Below, piece by piece: positions 1 through 9,494 of a stretch of 64,000 nt of DNA (its first letter is position 1; every line of letters begins with the position of its first letter). The notes below the pieces were generated by a model. It did not search any database and was not told the DNA's origin. It saw only the letters and a list, made by a program, of their open reading frames with translations. Source of the stretch: Rickettsiales bacterium (GTDB lineage: Bacteria; Pseudomonadota; Alphaproteobacteria; Methylaequorales; Methylaequoraceae). A program made the translations under genes and the position numbers. Location of the stretch: NCBI GenBank assembly GCA_002691145.1, contig NZHE01000026.1:114546-178545 (forward strand). Direction: 5' to 3'.

Positions 1-629
1 ACTTTAATTCTTATAATTTTAGCAAGAAATATGATGTAGTTTTTTGTTCGCACGTAATCGAACATCAAAGAAATGTTGGATTTTTTTTAGACAAGATTTT
101 TGATATTTTAACCAATAATGGTGTTTTAATAATAACAGGTCCAAAACATCCAGCGGAAAGATTCGTAGAGGGACATTTACACAGTACAATACTTCCTTTG
201 TTTTTACAAAATCTAGTTTTTGCTGGTTTTGATTGTAAAAAGGGTAAAATTTTATGTTTGGGTGGTATTGAAAATTCGTTCATAGTAAAGAAGGCAAACA
301 ACTTTGACAAAAAAGAAAGACAAGAACTTTGTTATTCATGGACAAAAAAACATTTAGATAGATCAATTATAAATTTAAAACATAAAACATACATACCAAA
401 TCAAACAATTTTTCTAGAAAATTGTGAATTTTTAAAACTTGAAATAGTAAAGTCAACAGAAGATAATAATGCAATAAACAACTTTGGATTGAGTTTAAAC
501 TTTCCTAAAGGGTATAAATACAAAGACTTTCTAATAAATTTTCACATAAGAAGTCATTTTCAAATATTAGACTCTAAAAAGAAAATATTGTGTAAGGAAA
601 ATTCTGAATACGTTGAGATGAAGGTTTAA
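1..629 (+). CDS. Class I SAM-dependent methyltransferase-like protein, 5'-truncated by the window edge (paralog A of the following gene)
   Basis: Open frame from nt 3; translation '...YDVVFCSHVIEHQRNVGFFLDKIFDILTNNGVLIITGPKHPAERF...' resembles methyltransferase motif II/III regions. About 45% of the region aligns with the next ORF. Confidence 0.6.
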   Translation, partial: FNSYNFSKKYDVVFCSHVIEHQRNVGFFLDKIFDILTNNGVLIITGPKHPAERFVEGHLHSTILPLFLQNLVFAGFDCKKGKILCLGGIENSFIVKKANNFDKKERQELCYSWTKKHLDRSIINLKHKTYIPNQTIFLENCEFLKLEIVKSTEDNNAINNFGLSLNFPKGYKYKDFLINFHIRSHFQILDSKKKILCKENSEYVEMKV

Positions 630-1433
630 ATGAGTAAAGATAGTAATAATAAAAATAATTCCTTCTATATTTTTGGAAATTATCCTTTGCTAGAGTTTTT
701 GGTTAGTCAAAAATCAAACTCAAAAAAGAAAGATAAAATGCTAGTTTTGGGTAAAATCTCAAATAATCAAAAAAACTTAATAAAAAAATTTGAATATGAA
801 CCCACCGTTATTAGTTCTTCAATTTCATTATCAAAATTTATAAACAAAAAAATCAGTAACACATATGATGCCATTTTATGCAATAATATTATTCAATATC
901 AAAAAAATACTGGTTTTTTTCTTGATAAAATCTTTGATTCATTAAAAAATGAAGGGCAACTGATTATCACAGGTCCGAAAAATAAAGCAGATGTTTTGGA
1001 AGAAGCTAATTTGTTTATTCCAACATTAACACTTTTAATTCAAAATCTAATTTATTCCGGATTTGATGCTAAAGATTGCAAAATAATCTCATTTGTTGAG
1101 GAAAATTCAATTATCATTAAAAAGGCTAAAGACTTTAAATTTTTGGAAAGAAATGAAACTGGATATAAATGGAAAGAAATTCATCATAAAAGATCTCCCT
1201 TTGCAAAATTAATATCGGGAATGAGTATACACGAGGAAAAAATATTTTTTGTTAATTGTAACTTTTGGAAAATTGGTCCATCTTTTGGTGAAAGTAGATT
1301 AGCTATTAAACCTGAATTTCCAGAAAATTATTTGCCAAAAAATTTTAAACTTAGTTTTCAAGTGCCCCAAAAAGTAGATTTTTATGAAAAGCAATTTTTA
1401 AGTTCAGGAAAAATATCAGAAATTGTTTTATAA
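630..1433 (+). CDS. Class I SAM-dependent methyltransferase-like protein (paralog B, 267 aa)
   Basis: Glycine-poor motif-I-like 'MLVLGKIS', then 'YDAILCNNIIQ...FFLDKIFDSLKNEGQLIITGPKNKADVLEE' paralogous to the upstream gene. ATG directly follows the upstream TAA stop. Confidence 0.55.
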   Translation: MSKDSNNKNNSFYIFGNYPLLEFLVSQKSNSKKKDKMLVLGKISNNQKNLIKKFEYEPTVISSSISLSKFINKKISNTYDAILCNNIIQYQKNTGFFLDKIFDSLKNEGQLIITGPKNKADVLEEANLFIPTLTLLIQNLIYSGFDAKDCKIISFVEENSIIIKKAKDFKFLERNETGYKWKEIHHKRSPFAKLISGMSIHEEKIFFVNCNFWKIGPSFGESRLAIKPEFPENYLPKNFKLSFQVPQKVDFYEKQFLSSGKISEIVL

Positions 1434-1480
1434 AATTTATTTTATTTTATATATTTTAAATATAAAATATATTTATTGAA

Positions 1481-1876
1481 ATGCCACATCTTCAGTTTGA
1501 AATAAGCAAAAAAGTTAACATAGAAAAGAAAAAAAAATTCATTGAAGAAGTGAAACTAATATTTTGTGAAGTCATGCAAACTGGCTCTTATCATATTGCA
1601 ATCACTTTAAGAGAAATAGATAGATATTCAATTGAACTAGGAAAAGTTTCACAAAACGAGGATGTTTGTTTAATGAACTTAGACATAAGAGAAGGTAGGA
1701 CAGGCAAACAAAAAAGAATTTTAGCTAAAGAATTTATTTTATTAGTAAAGGAGAAATTTGATATTAAAAAAGAAAATCAATACGTTACTATTACAGAGCA
1801 TAAGGGTTCCGACTTTAATTTATTTGAAAAATCACTTAAAACTTGGAAAAAAAATGATAAACCACTTAATGGGTAG
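1481..1876 (+). CDS. Tautomerase-superfamily protein (fused two-unit 4-oxalocrotonate-tautomerase-like, MSAD/cis-CaaD size)
   Basis: Begins Met-Pro ('MPHLQFEIS...'), Pro1 being the catalytic nucleophile of this family. The second half 'NLDIREGRTGKQKRILAKEFILLVKEKFDI..VTITEH' matches the 4-OT beta-alpha-beta unit; 131 aa. Confidence 0.5.
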   Translation: MPHLQFEISKKVNIEKKKKFIEEVKLIFCEVMQTGSYHIAITLREIDRYSIELGKVSQNEDVCLMNLDIREGRTGKQKRILAKEFILLVKEKFDIKKENQYVTITEHKGSDFNLFEKSLKTWKKNDKPLNG

Positions 1877-1913
1877 CAAGAAATTATATACAAGAAATTT
1901 ATTTATTTAAAAT

Positions 1914-2750
1914 TTAATTTAGTCCTTTTCCGATTTTCTTGGCCATAACTAGGTTTTGTAAAATTCCCTCCTCCTCAAACTTAATTAAATTGAAATTATG
2001 TCTCTGAAATAACAGTTTCATTGACTGAAAGGAAAAGATAGAAACGTGTCCATTTCTTGGAGCGATGTACCATGAGTGAAGGATTTTATCCCTCGGTGCC
2101 GAAAAATAATGGTGTCCACCAAAAATTTCCTCATTATTTGTGTTTATTTCATGAAGCATTGTTTGAATCCATAAAAAACCATTATCATCCAAAAGTTCTG
2201 ACAAATTTTTGCATGTCTTTTCGAGTTCATGACAATGCTCTATTACTTCAATCATAAAAATAAAATCGAATTTCTGATTTATATTATTTACATTATTTTC
2301 TTTAAAAAACGGATCATATGATTCCAAATTAAAACCATTTGCTTTTAAACCTCTTCCAAATGAACTCAAAGAACCGCCAGAACCATAATCTAATATTTTT
2401 ATTTCTTCTCTAGATTTTGATATCTTTTTATTTTTTATTAGTCCTAAAATTATGTTAGAGAAATAGTTGCCATAATGATAACCCGAATTAGTTTTCTCTC
2501 CCTGAGAATTTTCCTTAGGATCAGCTAAAATATAGTCATCATTATATATATTTTTTTTAAAATCTGACTTATTCCAGTTATCCATAAAATCAGTAAATAT
2601 AAAATTACAATTTCTACAAATGAAATAAGGGACCAAAATTTTTGAACTCTTGAAGACACTTGAAGTTGGCTTGTCCTCGCATGTTTTATTAAAATTAATA
2701 TTCCCTAAAAAGGACGACGTATTAAAACAGCATTTACACACAGTATTCAT
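1914..2750 (-). CDS. SAM-dependent methyltransferase with N-terminal Cys4 zinc-ribbon
   Basis: N-terminus 'CKCC...CRNC' zinc ribbon, 'ILDYGSGGS' motif I, 'DFIFMIEVIEHCHE' motif II. Architecture resembles sugar/natural-product C-methyltransferase-type enzymes. Confidence 0.6.
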   Translation of the reverse strand: MNTVCKCCFNTSSFLGNINFNKTCEDKPTSSVFKSSKILVPYFICRNCNFIFTDFMDNWNKSDFKKNIYNDDYILADPKENSQGEKTNSGYHYGNYFSNIILGLIKNKKISKSREEIKILDYGSGGSLSSFGRGLKANGFNLESYDPFFKENNVNNINQKFDFIFMIEVIEHCHELEKTCKNLSELLDDNGFLWIQTMLHEINTNNEEIFGGHHYFSAPRDKILHSWYIAPRNGHVSIFSFQSMKLLFQRHNFNLIKFEEEGILQNLVMAKKIGKGLN

Positions 2751-2986
2751 ATATATATATTAATTAAACTTAAAAAAAATTAAAGTTACTAATTAGAATT
2801 TTTATATTAATGAATAGATTTTTTTAATTTTCCTTGAATATGCAAACTTTTCTTTTCTTCAATATCTATCTTGTCAAAATTTCAGTTCTCCAATTTTGAT
2901 TATGAGATGGCTGTGATACCTATGATCAATATTACTGTGTTGTTTGTAATGAGAACTGAGGAACCCCCTACTCTTTTTGGTTTTTA

Positions 2987-3063
2987 TGGTAGCGGAGGAG
3001 GGACTTGAACCCCCGACACGCGGATTATGATTCCGCTGCTCTAACCACCTGAGCTACTCCGCC
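2987..3063 (-). tRNA. tRNA with CAU anticodon (elongator tRNA-Met or tRNA-Ile2 with lysidine); 77 nt with encoded CCA
   Basis: Reverse complement GGCGGAGTAGCTCAGGTGGTTAGAGCAGCGGAATCATAATCCGCGTGTCGGGGGTTCAAGTCCCTCCTCCGCTACCA folds as a cloverleaf: 7-bp acceptor stem, D-loop AGCTCAGGTGGTTAGAGC, anticodon loop AT-CAT-AA, T-arm GGTTCAAGTCC. Anticodon stem lacks the three G-C pairs of initiator tRNA. Confidence 0.9.
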
Positions 3064-3141
3064 ATAAAGATAAATTATCTATATTTAGCCAATAAAGCAA
3101 GTGACGGACTATATTATTGATAGAGGTTAAGATGAAGTATA

Positions 3142-3166
3142 TCGCGCCACTGAAATCGTGGCGCGA
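3142..3166 (-). terminator. GC-rich hairpin downstream of the dehydrogenase gene (putative terminator, minus-strand transcript)
   Basis: TCGCGCCAC-tgaaatc-GTGGCGCGA, a perfect 9-bp stem that stands out in AT-rich context, 9 nt after the stop of the 3175..4482 gene. The U-tail is weak. Confidence 0.45.
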
Positions 3167-3174
3167 AATAGTAG

Positions 3175-4482
3175 TTACTTAGTAGCTGTTGCAGTAATTT
3201 TGTAGATCTCTCCTTCATCTACTGCTGCATACAAAGCTCCGTCAGGTCCAAGTCTTAGACCTCTGAATCTCTTAGTAAGACCAGATGGCATGTGAATAAC
3301 ACTCTTAATTGACTTACCATCTTTAGCAATGTCAACAATGTCAATTCTCATTCCAGATGGAGTTCCGCCGAAACCAATACCCATAATTCCAACAGCTAAA
3401 CGACCTTCCCAATAGCCCCAGTTACTTCCTTTTAAGAAAGCAGCTGATCCAGTACCTTGAGAAAGACCATTATTGTTCCAAGCTGGTGGCATTAAATCAC
3501 CAAAACGCTCATCACTCATTGGCATGAACGCAGCACGAGCTGCTGGAAGCATTCCTTCTTTTTGGTTAGGCATGTAGCCACAATACTTATCTGGACAATC
3601 ACCACGACCACCGACGTTTGGACGAGGATCCCATCCACCATTACCACCATTTACTAATGCAGTAATTTCGTCATTTTGCCATGGACCATGCTCAGCTGTA
3701 AAAGCTCTTCCATCACTTGGACGGAAATCAATACCTTGAACATTTCTGTGACCATATGTGTACATACGCTTATCAAATCCCTTTGGTGGCTTATTACCAG
3801 GATGAGCCTTACCATCAGTATCAATTCTTAGAACGTTTCCGCCTAATAGTGTTGGAGATTGTGGTACGACACCTCTGTGACGATCACCAGTTGTAGCCCA
3901 TAAATAGCCATCAGGACCGAAACGAAGTCTGTTACCATTATGTGCACCAGGACCTCCAAAAGGATGGTCTGATTCGAATGGCTTATATTGAATATCTTTT
4001 ACAATATCAACACGGTTTGACACACTTTTCATGTCTTTACTTACTTCAAATCTCATAATGATGTTTCCATCACATCTAGAGAAGTTGTCTTTACATCCAG
4101 AACCGTGATACTTGTTTGAAGTTGAAGCAACATAAACTCTTCGGTTTTTGTTAAAGTTTGGATCTAAAGCAACACCCATCATGCCTGCTTGACCAGAACA
4201 AAAAAGGTCACTATTACCACTTGCGTAGCCTTTTGCGCCTTTCATTCCAGCTAAAGCATTCACTGAGCCTGAAGAAGTTTTTACTGAAAGACCTTTACAT
4301 TTTTCAGTGTAAAACATATCACCACCAGAAGTGAAAGCCATATCCCAAGGGTTTTCTAAACCGTTAAGAATTGACATAGCACTAATCTTTGGCGTACCCA
4401 TAGTATCAGCTTGGCTTGAAGTTGCAAATAAGGCCATTGCCGAAATTGCAGCCGCTGATAAAAGTTTAGTAGTTTTAAACAT
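3175..4482 (-). CDS. Soluble PQQ-dependent sugar (glucose/sorbosone) dehydrogenase family beta-propeller, secreted
   Basis: Signal peptide 'MFKTTKLLSAAAISAMALFATSSQA'. 'GLENPWDMAFTSGGDMFYTEK' and C-terminal 'GLRLGPDGALYAAVDEGEIYKI' match the GSDH/YliI family pattern. Confidence 0.7.
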   Translation of the reverse strand: MFKTTKLLSAAAISAMALFATSSQADTMGTPKISAMSILNGLENPWDMAFTSGGDMFYTEKCKGLSVKTSSGSVNALAGMKGAKGYASGNSDLFCSGQAGMMGVALDPNFNKNRRVYVASTSNKYHGSGCKDNFSRCDGNIIMRFEVSKDMKSVSNRVDIVKDIQYKPFESDHPFGGPGAHNGNRLRFGPDGYLWATTGDRHRGVVPQSPTLLGGNVLRIDTDGKAHPGNKPPKGFDKRMYTYGHRNVQGIDFRPSDGRAFTAEHGPWQNDEITALVNGGNGGWDPRPNVGGRGDCPDKYCGYMPNQKEGMLPAARAAFMPMSDERFGDLMPPAWNNNGLSQGTGSAAFLKGSNWGYWEGRLAVGIMGIGFGGTPSGMRIDIVDIAKDGKSIKSVIHMPSGLTKRFRGLRLGPDGALYAAVDEGEIYKITATATK

Positions 4483-4515
4483 AAATATATATTTCCTTTC
4501 TTAGTTTATATTTAT

Positions 4516-4833
4516 TTAGTTTTGCACACTTGACAAGTATGCTGCTAAATTTGCGATTTCCTCATCTGATAAAGGCATTGCCATCATTATCATTAAAGAA
4601 GAATTAGGTCCTATTTTTTTTCCGGATCTGTAAGTTTGAAGTCTATCAACTAGATAAGAGATCTCTTTGCCAGATATTTTTGGATAACTTGCTAAACCCA
4701 TTCCTCCAGGCCCATGACAATTGCCACAGTTCTGTGAATAACGAGCTTTGCCAGCATCGGGATCTCCGGCTAAAACTAAAGAAGCCGAAACTAAAAAAAA
4801 AGTAAAAATGAACATGAAAATCATGTATTTCAT
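4516..4833 (-). CDS. Class I c-type cytochrome (single haem, CxxCH)
   Basis: 'CGNCHG' haem-binding motif, signal peptide 'MKYMIFMFIFTFFLVSASLVLA'. Start chosen at the ATG preceded by a strong SD AGGGAGGAA (rc of 4837-4845); the track ORF extends further upstream without an RBS. Confidence 0.7.
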   Translation of the reverse strand: MKYMIFMFIFTFFLVSASLVLAGDPDAGKARYSQNCGNCHGPGGMGLASYPKISGKEISYLVDRLQTYRSGKKIGPNSSLMIMMAMPLSDEEIANLAAYLSSVQN

Positions 4834-5034
4834 ATATTTCCTCCCTAACAATTTAATTTTCAATTTGAAGTTAACCAAATTTAGAATACGCAAATTGTCA
4901 TGTTATAAAGATAGAATTTAATTATGCTTTGTCAAGAATAACTACCAACTTTATGCTTATATATTTGGAAAAAATACAATTAATTATCACATTAACAACA
5001 ATTTTGTATTTATTGTTATTAAATGTGCAATAAT

Positions 5035-6198
5035 TCAGATAATAAACTGTAAATTTGTCTTTTCAGCTGCAGTTATCCAACCACCACCCAGCATTTTATT
5101 CTTTTTATAAAAAACACATGCTTGGCCTGGAGCAACACCAAACTCAGCATTAGAAAGATTCACAACTCCAGTTTTATTATTTTTACAAATATTGACTGTG
5201 GCTTTTACTTTCTTTAAACCAGATCTAATTTTTATTTCAGCATTAAACTCTTTAGATTTTATGTCTGAAATAAGGTTAACTTCTTTTAAATATATCTTAT
5301 ACGATTTTAATTTATCCCTAGTTCCAACGATAACTTTATTTTCATTTTTATCTATTTGCACAACATAGAGAGGTTCACCCTCTTTTTGTCCTGATACACC
5401 TCCTAGTCCGATTCCTTTTCTTTGTCCTACTGTATAGTTAATAATTCCATTATGATATCCTAAAACATGTCCAGCTGTATTTTCAATTACACCTCTTGAA
5501 GAAAAACTTAAGTTTCTTTTCTTTATAAATTCTCGATAATTGCCATTTGGTATGAAACAAATATCCTGGCTATCCGGTTTAAAGGCATTTTTTAGTTCAA
5601 ATAATTTTGCTAATTCTCTAACCTGTTCTTTCTTAAAATTTCCAATTGGGAATCTTAACATTTGCAGTTGTGGTTTGGTTGTAGCAAATAAAAAATAACT
5701 TTGATCTTTTAAAAGATCAGAAGCTTGAAATATATTAAAAGTCTTCCCAACCTCTTTTCTTCTTACATAATGACCAGTAGCAAGATATTTACTACCAATT
5801 TTTTTTGTAAAATTTATTAAGTCTGTAAACTTTACTGTTTGGTTACATCTTATGCAAGGAACAGGAGTTTCCCCATTCAAATAACTATCAACAAATTCGT
5901 CAATTACTGATGATTTAAACTGTTTTTTATAATCTATTACGTAATGCTTAAATGAATGTCTTTTTGCTACCTCTCTAGCGTCTGCTATATCTATTCCTGA
6001 GCAGCAAGTTTTGGAATTACTTACTTTTATTTTTGATTCGTGTAGTTGCATAGTTACTCCAATAACCTGATAGCCAGCTTTTGATAATAAAACCGCTACA
6101 ACTGACGAATCAACTCCACCAGACATGGCAACAACAACTTTTTCACCTTTTTTTGGTAAATTATTGTCTTTAATAATATCATCAAAGTTTAATCTCAT
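5035..6198 (-). CDS. mnmA: tRNA-specific 2-thiouridylase MnmA
   Basis: PP-loop 'VVVAMSGGVDSSVVAVLL', conserved 'CIRCN' and full-length similarity to MnmA/TrmU. Confidence 0.9.
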   Translation of the reverse strand: MRLNFDDIIKDNNLPKKGEKVVVAMSGGVDSSVVAVLLSKAGYQVIGVTMQLHESKIKVSNSKTCCSGIDIADAREVAKRHSFKHYVIDYKKQFKSSVIDEFVDSYLNGETPVPCIRCNQTVKFTDLINFTKKIGSKYLATGHYVRRKEVGKTFNIFQASDLLKDQSYFLFATTKPQLQMLRFPIGNFKKEQVRELAKLFELKNAFKPDSQDICFIPNGNYREFIKKRNLSFSSRGVIENTAGHVLGYHNGIINYTVGQRKGIGLGGVSGQKEGEPLYVVQIDKNENKVIVGTRDKLKSYKIYLKEVNLISDIKSKEFNAEIKIRSGLKKVKATVNICKNNKTGVVNLSNAEFGVAPGQACVFYKKNKMLGGGWITAAEKTNLQFII

Positions 6199-6399
6199 TT
6201 AATCTCTTTCTTCGATCCATGCCATCTGAATCGATTCTAAGATTTTTTCATTCGATGCGTTAGGATCATCATCGAAATTTTCTAACTCAATTATCCATTT
6301 ATGAAGATCTGTAAATCTTAGATTTAAATTATCAATATTTGGATATTTTTCCTCCAACGCAATTGCAATCTCCAAACTGTCTTTCCAAGTTAAAATCAC
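6199..6399 (-). CDS. iscX: Fe-S assembly protein IscX (YfhJ)
   Basis: 66 aa acidic protein '[46 protein letters not shown]' at the end of the isc operon. Confidence 0.75.
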   Translation of the reverse strand: MILTWKDSLEIAIALEEKYPNIDNLNLRFTDLHKWIIELENFDDDPNASNEKILESIQMAWIEERD

Positions 6400-6731
6400 T
6401 TATCCACACTCATATTTCTTGTCCCACTTGGTAATTTAATTTTTATACCATCTAAATCATCATTAATTATTATTTGACATCCAAGTCTGGATGTATGTGT
6501 AAGTCCAAAAGCTAGATCTAACATATCCTCTTCTTCTTCAGTAGGTTCATTTAAACTATCAAAAATTTCTTTTTCTAGTATTACGTGACAAGTAGCACAT
6601 GCCAGAGATCCCTCGCAAGCGCCCTCCAAATCAATTCCATTTTTATGAGCAACTTCTAAAATTGACAATCCCTTTTCCGCTTCAACTGTTTTTTCAACTC
6701 CCTCTGAATCAATAAATATTACTTTAGGCAT
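6396..6731 (-). CDS. fdx: [2Fe-2S] ferredoxin of the ISC system (adrenodoxin-type)
   Basis: '[12 protein letters not shown]' and 'RLGCQI' cysteine motifs; position between hscA and iscX. Confidence 0.9.
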   Translation of the reverse strand: MPKVIFIDSEGVEKTVEAEKGLSILEVAHKNGIDLEGACEGSLACATCHVILEKEIFDSLNEPTEEEEDMLDLAFGLTHTSRLGCQIIINDDLDGIKIKLPSGTRNMSVDK

Positions 6732-6746
6732 TATTTACTCCCTACT

Positions 6747-8555
6747 TTATATATTATCATACTTATTTCCTACTAGACCAGACTTCAAACTAGATTTTAT
6801 TCTTTTTTCAGAAAAACTCTGCGTAGATTCATCAAGCTTTTCTATTAGAAATTTAATTTGTTCCACACTTTTTTCTTCTAATGCATTTCTTAAATCAGTG
6901 ATGATGTTATTTATCTCTTTTACTTCAGATTTAGAGCACAAATTATTGAGTTCGTCATTTAAGGATTCTAGATGATTAAGCAATCTCTGGGCATCAATTT
7001 TTGCTTCATATAAATTTCTCTTTTTGATATCTTCTTTTGCATTAATAATACTTTCGTTGATCATATTCTTCATTTCATCAATATCCAAATCTGAATGGGG
7101 TTTTATCTCAAGCTCTTTTGTCTTTTCACTATCGCTTTCTGAGGCAGAAACATTAAGTATTCCATTGGCGTCAACAGTAAATTTTACCTTTATTCTTGGA
7201 ATTCCAGGTGGTTTTGGAGATATACCATCTAATATAAATTCTCCCAAACTTCTATTGTCACTTATAATTTCTCTTTCACCCTGAATAATATTAATCTTAA
7301 TAGAAGTTTGTCCATCTTCATAAGTAGTAAAATCTTGTTCCTTAGAAATTGGAATTGGAGAATTTCTTTGTATTATTTTTTCCATTAAACCACCTGCTGT
7401 TTCAATCCCTAGGGAAAGAGGAATGATGTCTAACAGCAAATTATCCGAACCATTGAGAAGTCCGTCTGCATGGAGAGCTGCCCCTTTAGAAACAGCAAAG
7501 TCTGGATCAATTTCAGAAAATATTTTTAACTCAAATTCCTTTTTTATCATTTCACTTATTAGACTTATTCTCGAAGAACCACCTACAAGAATAAAACCGT
7601 CTAAATCATTCAAAGATAATTTTGACTCTCTTAAAGCATCTTTGCAAATATTGATAGTTTTTTCTATTTGAGCTTTAATGACATCATTAAATTCTTTCTT
7701 GGTAATACTAATTGTTTTATTTAAGTTAAAAAAAAATACACTTTTCTTAAAAAAGTCTTCTTTGGATAAATACTCTTTAATCTTTTTAGCAAATTTAATA
7801 AAAGCCAGAAATTCTTTATCTACTATCTCTTCAAGTTTTAAGTTAAAGAATTTATTAAGTAAATATTTTGCCAGCGTATAATCAATATCATCACCTCCAA
7901 ACCTTGAGTCACCCCCAGTTCCAACAACTTGAAATATTCCCTCATTTAACTTTAAAATTGATACATCAAAAGTTCCACCTCCGAGATCATATACAAAATA
8001 ATTACCTCTTTTATTTTTTTCAAGACCATATGCGTACGCTGCTGATGTTGGTTCATTGATTAATCTTAAAACATTGAATCCTGCGATTTTAGCTGATTTT
8101 CTAATGCCAGATCTGGCAATATCGTCAAAATATGCCGGAACTGTAATTACGCAATTTTCAATGTCCATTTTAGTAAAGCTTGTAGAAATCTTTTTTAAAT
8201 ATTTAAAGATCTTAGTAGCAAGTTCAACTGGTGAATATGATTTATTTATTTTACTTAAAAATTCTATTTTATTAGGATCATTGTTGAACATGCGTTTAAT
8301 GGAAAATATACATTTATCAATTTCTTGATTTATTTTCTCAAGTCCTTGATTCCCAATTAAAATCTCACTTTCTGTAAAATAAAGTACACTTGGTATTAGT
8401 CCTTTACCAAACTCATCTTTCACAATTTTTATTTTTTTATCAATTCTTACCGAGCACACACAATTAGAGGTGCCAAAGTCAATTCCTAATGCATAACTAT
8501 CTTTCGCATGAGGTTCTGGTGATTTTCCTGGTTCACTAATTTGTATTAAGCTCAT
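6747..8555 (-). CDS. hscA: Fe-S cluster assembly Hsp70 chaperone HscA
   Basis: Hsp70 motifs 'GIDFGTSNC', 'VYDLGGGTFDVSIL', 'LVGGSSRI'; 602 aa; follows hscB. Confidence 0.9.
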   Translation of the reverse strand: MSLIQISEPGKSPEPHAKDSYALGIDFGTSNCVCSVRIDKKIKIVKDEFGKGLIPSVLYFTESEILIGNQGLEKINQEIDKCIFSIKRMFNNDPNKIEFLSKINKSYSPVELATKIFKYLKKISTSFTKMDIENCVITVPAYFDDIARSGIRKSAKIAGFNVLRLINEPTSAAYAYGLEKNKRGNYFVYDLGGGTFDVSILKLNEGIFQVVGTGGDSRFGGDDIDYTLAKYLLNKFFNLKLEEIVDKEFLAFIKFAKKIKEYLSKEDFFKKSVFFFNLNKTISITKKEFNDVIKAQIEKTINICKDALRESKLSLNDLDGFILVGGSSRISLISEMIKKEFELKIFSEIDPDFAVSKGAALHADGLLNGSDNLLLDIIPLSLGIETAGGLMEKIIQRNSPIPISKEQDFTTYEDGQTSIKINIIQGEREIISDNRSLGEFILDGISPKPPGIPRIKVKFTVDANGILNVSASESDSEKTKELEIKPHSDLDIDEMKNMINESIINAKEDIKKRNLYEAKIDAQRLLNHLESLNDELNNLCSKSEVKEINNIITDLRNALEEKSVEQIKFLIEKLDESTQSFSEKRIKSSLKSGLVGNKYDNI

Positions 8556-9157
8556 AAAGTGTTTCTGTTCAAATTAAAGTTGTCAATATCTTTAATCAGC
8601 TTTTTTAAATACGATATTCTAACGTTTGTTTTAAATGCCTCATCTAATTTTTTAGAATTAAAATTTTTAATTAATGTATTCATGTCATTCTTTACTAAAT
8701 TTTCAACTTTTTTTTGAAGAATCTTTTTTTCTTTCTCATTCTGAATCTCTTCTAATTCCTCTTGAAGAAACATAATTTCATTTAAAGTTTGAACATCATT
8801 AAAGGTGCTACTCTCAAATTTAATATCAAAACCTAATATTTTTAATAATTCATTTGCTCTAGATACAGAATCATTAATTTTTTTATAGGCATCATTGATA
8901 TTAGCAGTATGCATTTGGGCAAATAATTTTTCATTCTCTGGAGAATTTATAAAATTATCTGGATGAATTTCTCTTTGCAATGAAAAATATTTTTTTTCTA
9001 TTTCTTCATGATTAATAATAAAATTAGGAAATAAACTAAAAGTCTCAAAGATATTAAGATTTTTAGGTTTTTGAACTTTATTACATCTTAAGCAAAAAAA
9101 AGTTGTTGTACTTGAATCTTCATTACAATTCCAACATTTCCAATTTTCCTGAGGCAT
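8552..9157 (-). CDS. hscB: Fe-S co-chaperone HscB with N-terminal Cys4 zinc finger
   Basis: 'CWNC...CLRC' zinc finger as in eukaryotic/alphaproteobacterial HSC20, J-domain 'HPDNF', C-terminal helical bundle; overlaps the hscA start. Confidence 0.85.
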   Translation of the reverse strand: MPQENWKCWNCNEDSSTTTFFCLRCNKVQKPKNLNIFETFSLFPNFIINHEEIEKKYFSLQREIHPDNFINSPENEKLFAQMHTANINDAYKKINDSVSRANELLKILGFDIKFESSTFNDVQTLNEIMFLQEELEEIQNEKEKKILQKKVENLVKNDMNTLIKNFNSKKLDEAFKTNVRISYLKKLIKDIDNFNLNRNTL

Positions 9158-9165
9158 TTATATTT

Positions 9166-9489
9166 TTAGACATGAAATGATTCGCCGCAGCCACATCTTC
9201 CTTTTTCATTGGGGTTGCTAAATTGAAAGCCGGATTGAAGATCATCTTCTACATAATCCATTTTTGTACCTATTAAAAATAAGGATGCTTTTGGATCAAT
9301 AAATACATTTACGTCATCAACAACAATTTTTTCATCTGAATTATCTTTTGTATCAACGTATTCTAATGTATAAGAAAGACCTGAGCAACCTTTGGTTTTA
9401 ACACCAATTCTGATACCCTCAGAATCTTTTTTCCTATCTTCAAGTAATTTTTTAACGGCTTGGATAGCTTTAGTTGTAAGCGTGATCAT
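9166..9489 (-). CDS. iscA: Fe-S cluster insertion protein IscA (HesB family)
   Basis: 'GCSGLSY' and C-terminal 'CGCGESF' motifs; 107 aa. Confidence 0.9.
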   Translation of the reverse strand: MITLTTKAIQAVKKLLEDRKKDSEGIRIGVKTKGCSGLSYTLEYVDTKDNSDEKIVVDDVNVFIDPKASLFLIGTKMDYVEDDLQSGFQFSNPNEKGRCGCGESFHV

Positions 9490-9494
9490 AAAAA

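Noticed and set aside
630-1433. First two ORFs as a single gene with an internal stop
   Set aside because: The TAA at 627-629 is followed immediately by an ATG. The downstream ORF has its own complete N-terminal region (about 100 aa) before the shared block, so these are two tandem paralogous genes rather than one frameshifted gene.
1-3063. Integrated mobile element at the tRNA 3' end
   Set aside because: No integrase/recombinase gene, no direct repeat of the tRNA 3' segment and no compositional shift are visible within the window. Retained only as a low-confidence 'variable region' hypothesis, not called as a mobile element.
7024-8328. Several 60-110-aa ORFs on the + strand inside hscA (7024..7284, 7423..7671, 7678..7881, 7868..8059, 8056..8328). 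Similar antisense ORFs occur inside AsmA, PBP1A, clpA, galU, fhs, aroC, accC and elsewhere.
   Set aside because: All lie antisense to long, well-supported genes, are low-complexity Leu/Ser/Phe/Ile-rich (as expected from reading AT-rich coding sequence backwards), and have no RBS or motif. They are spurious six-frame artefacts.
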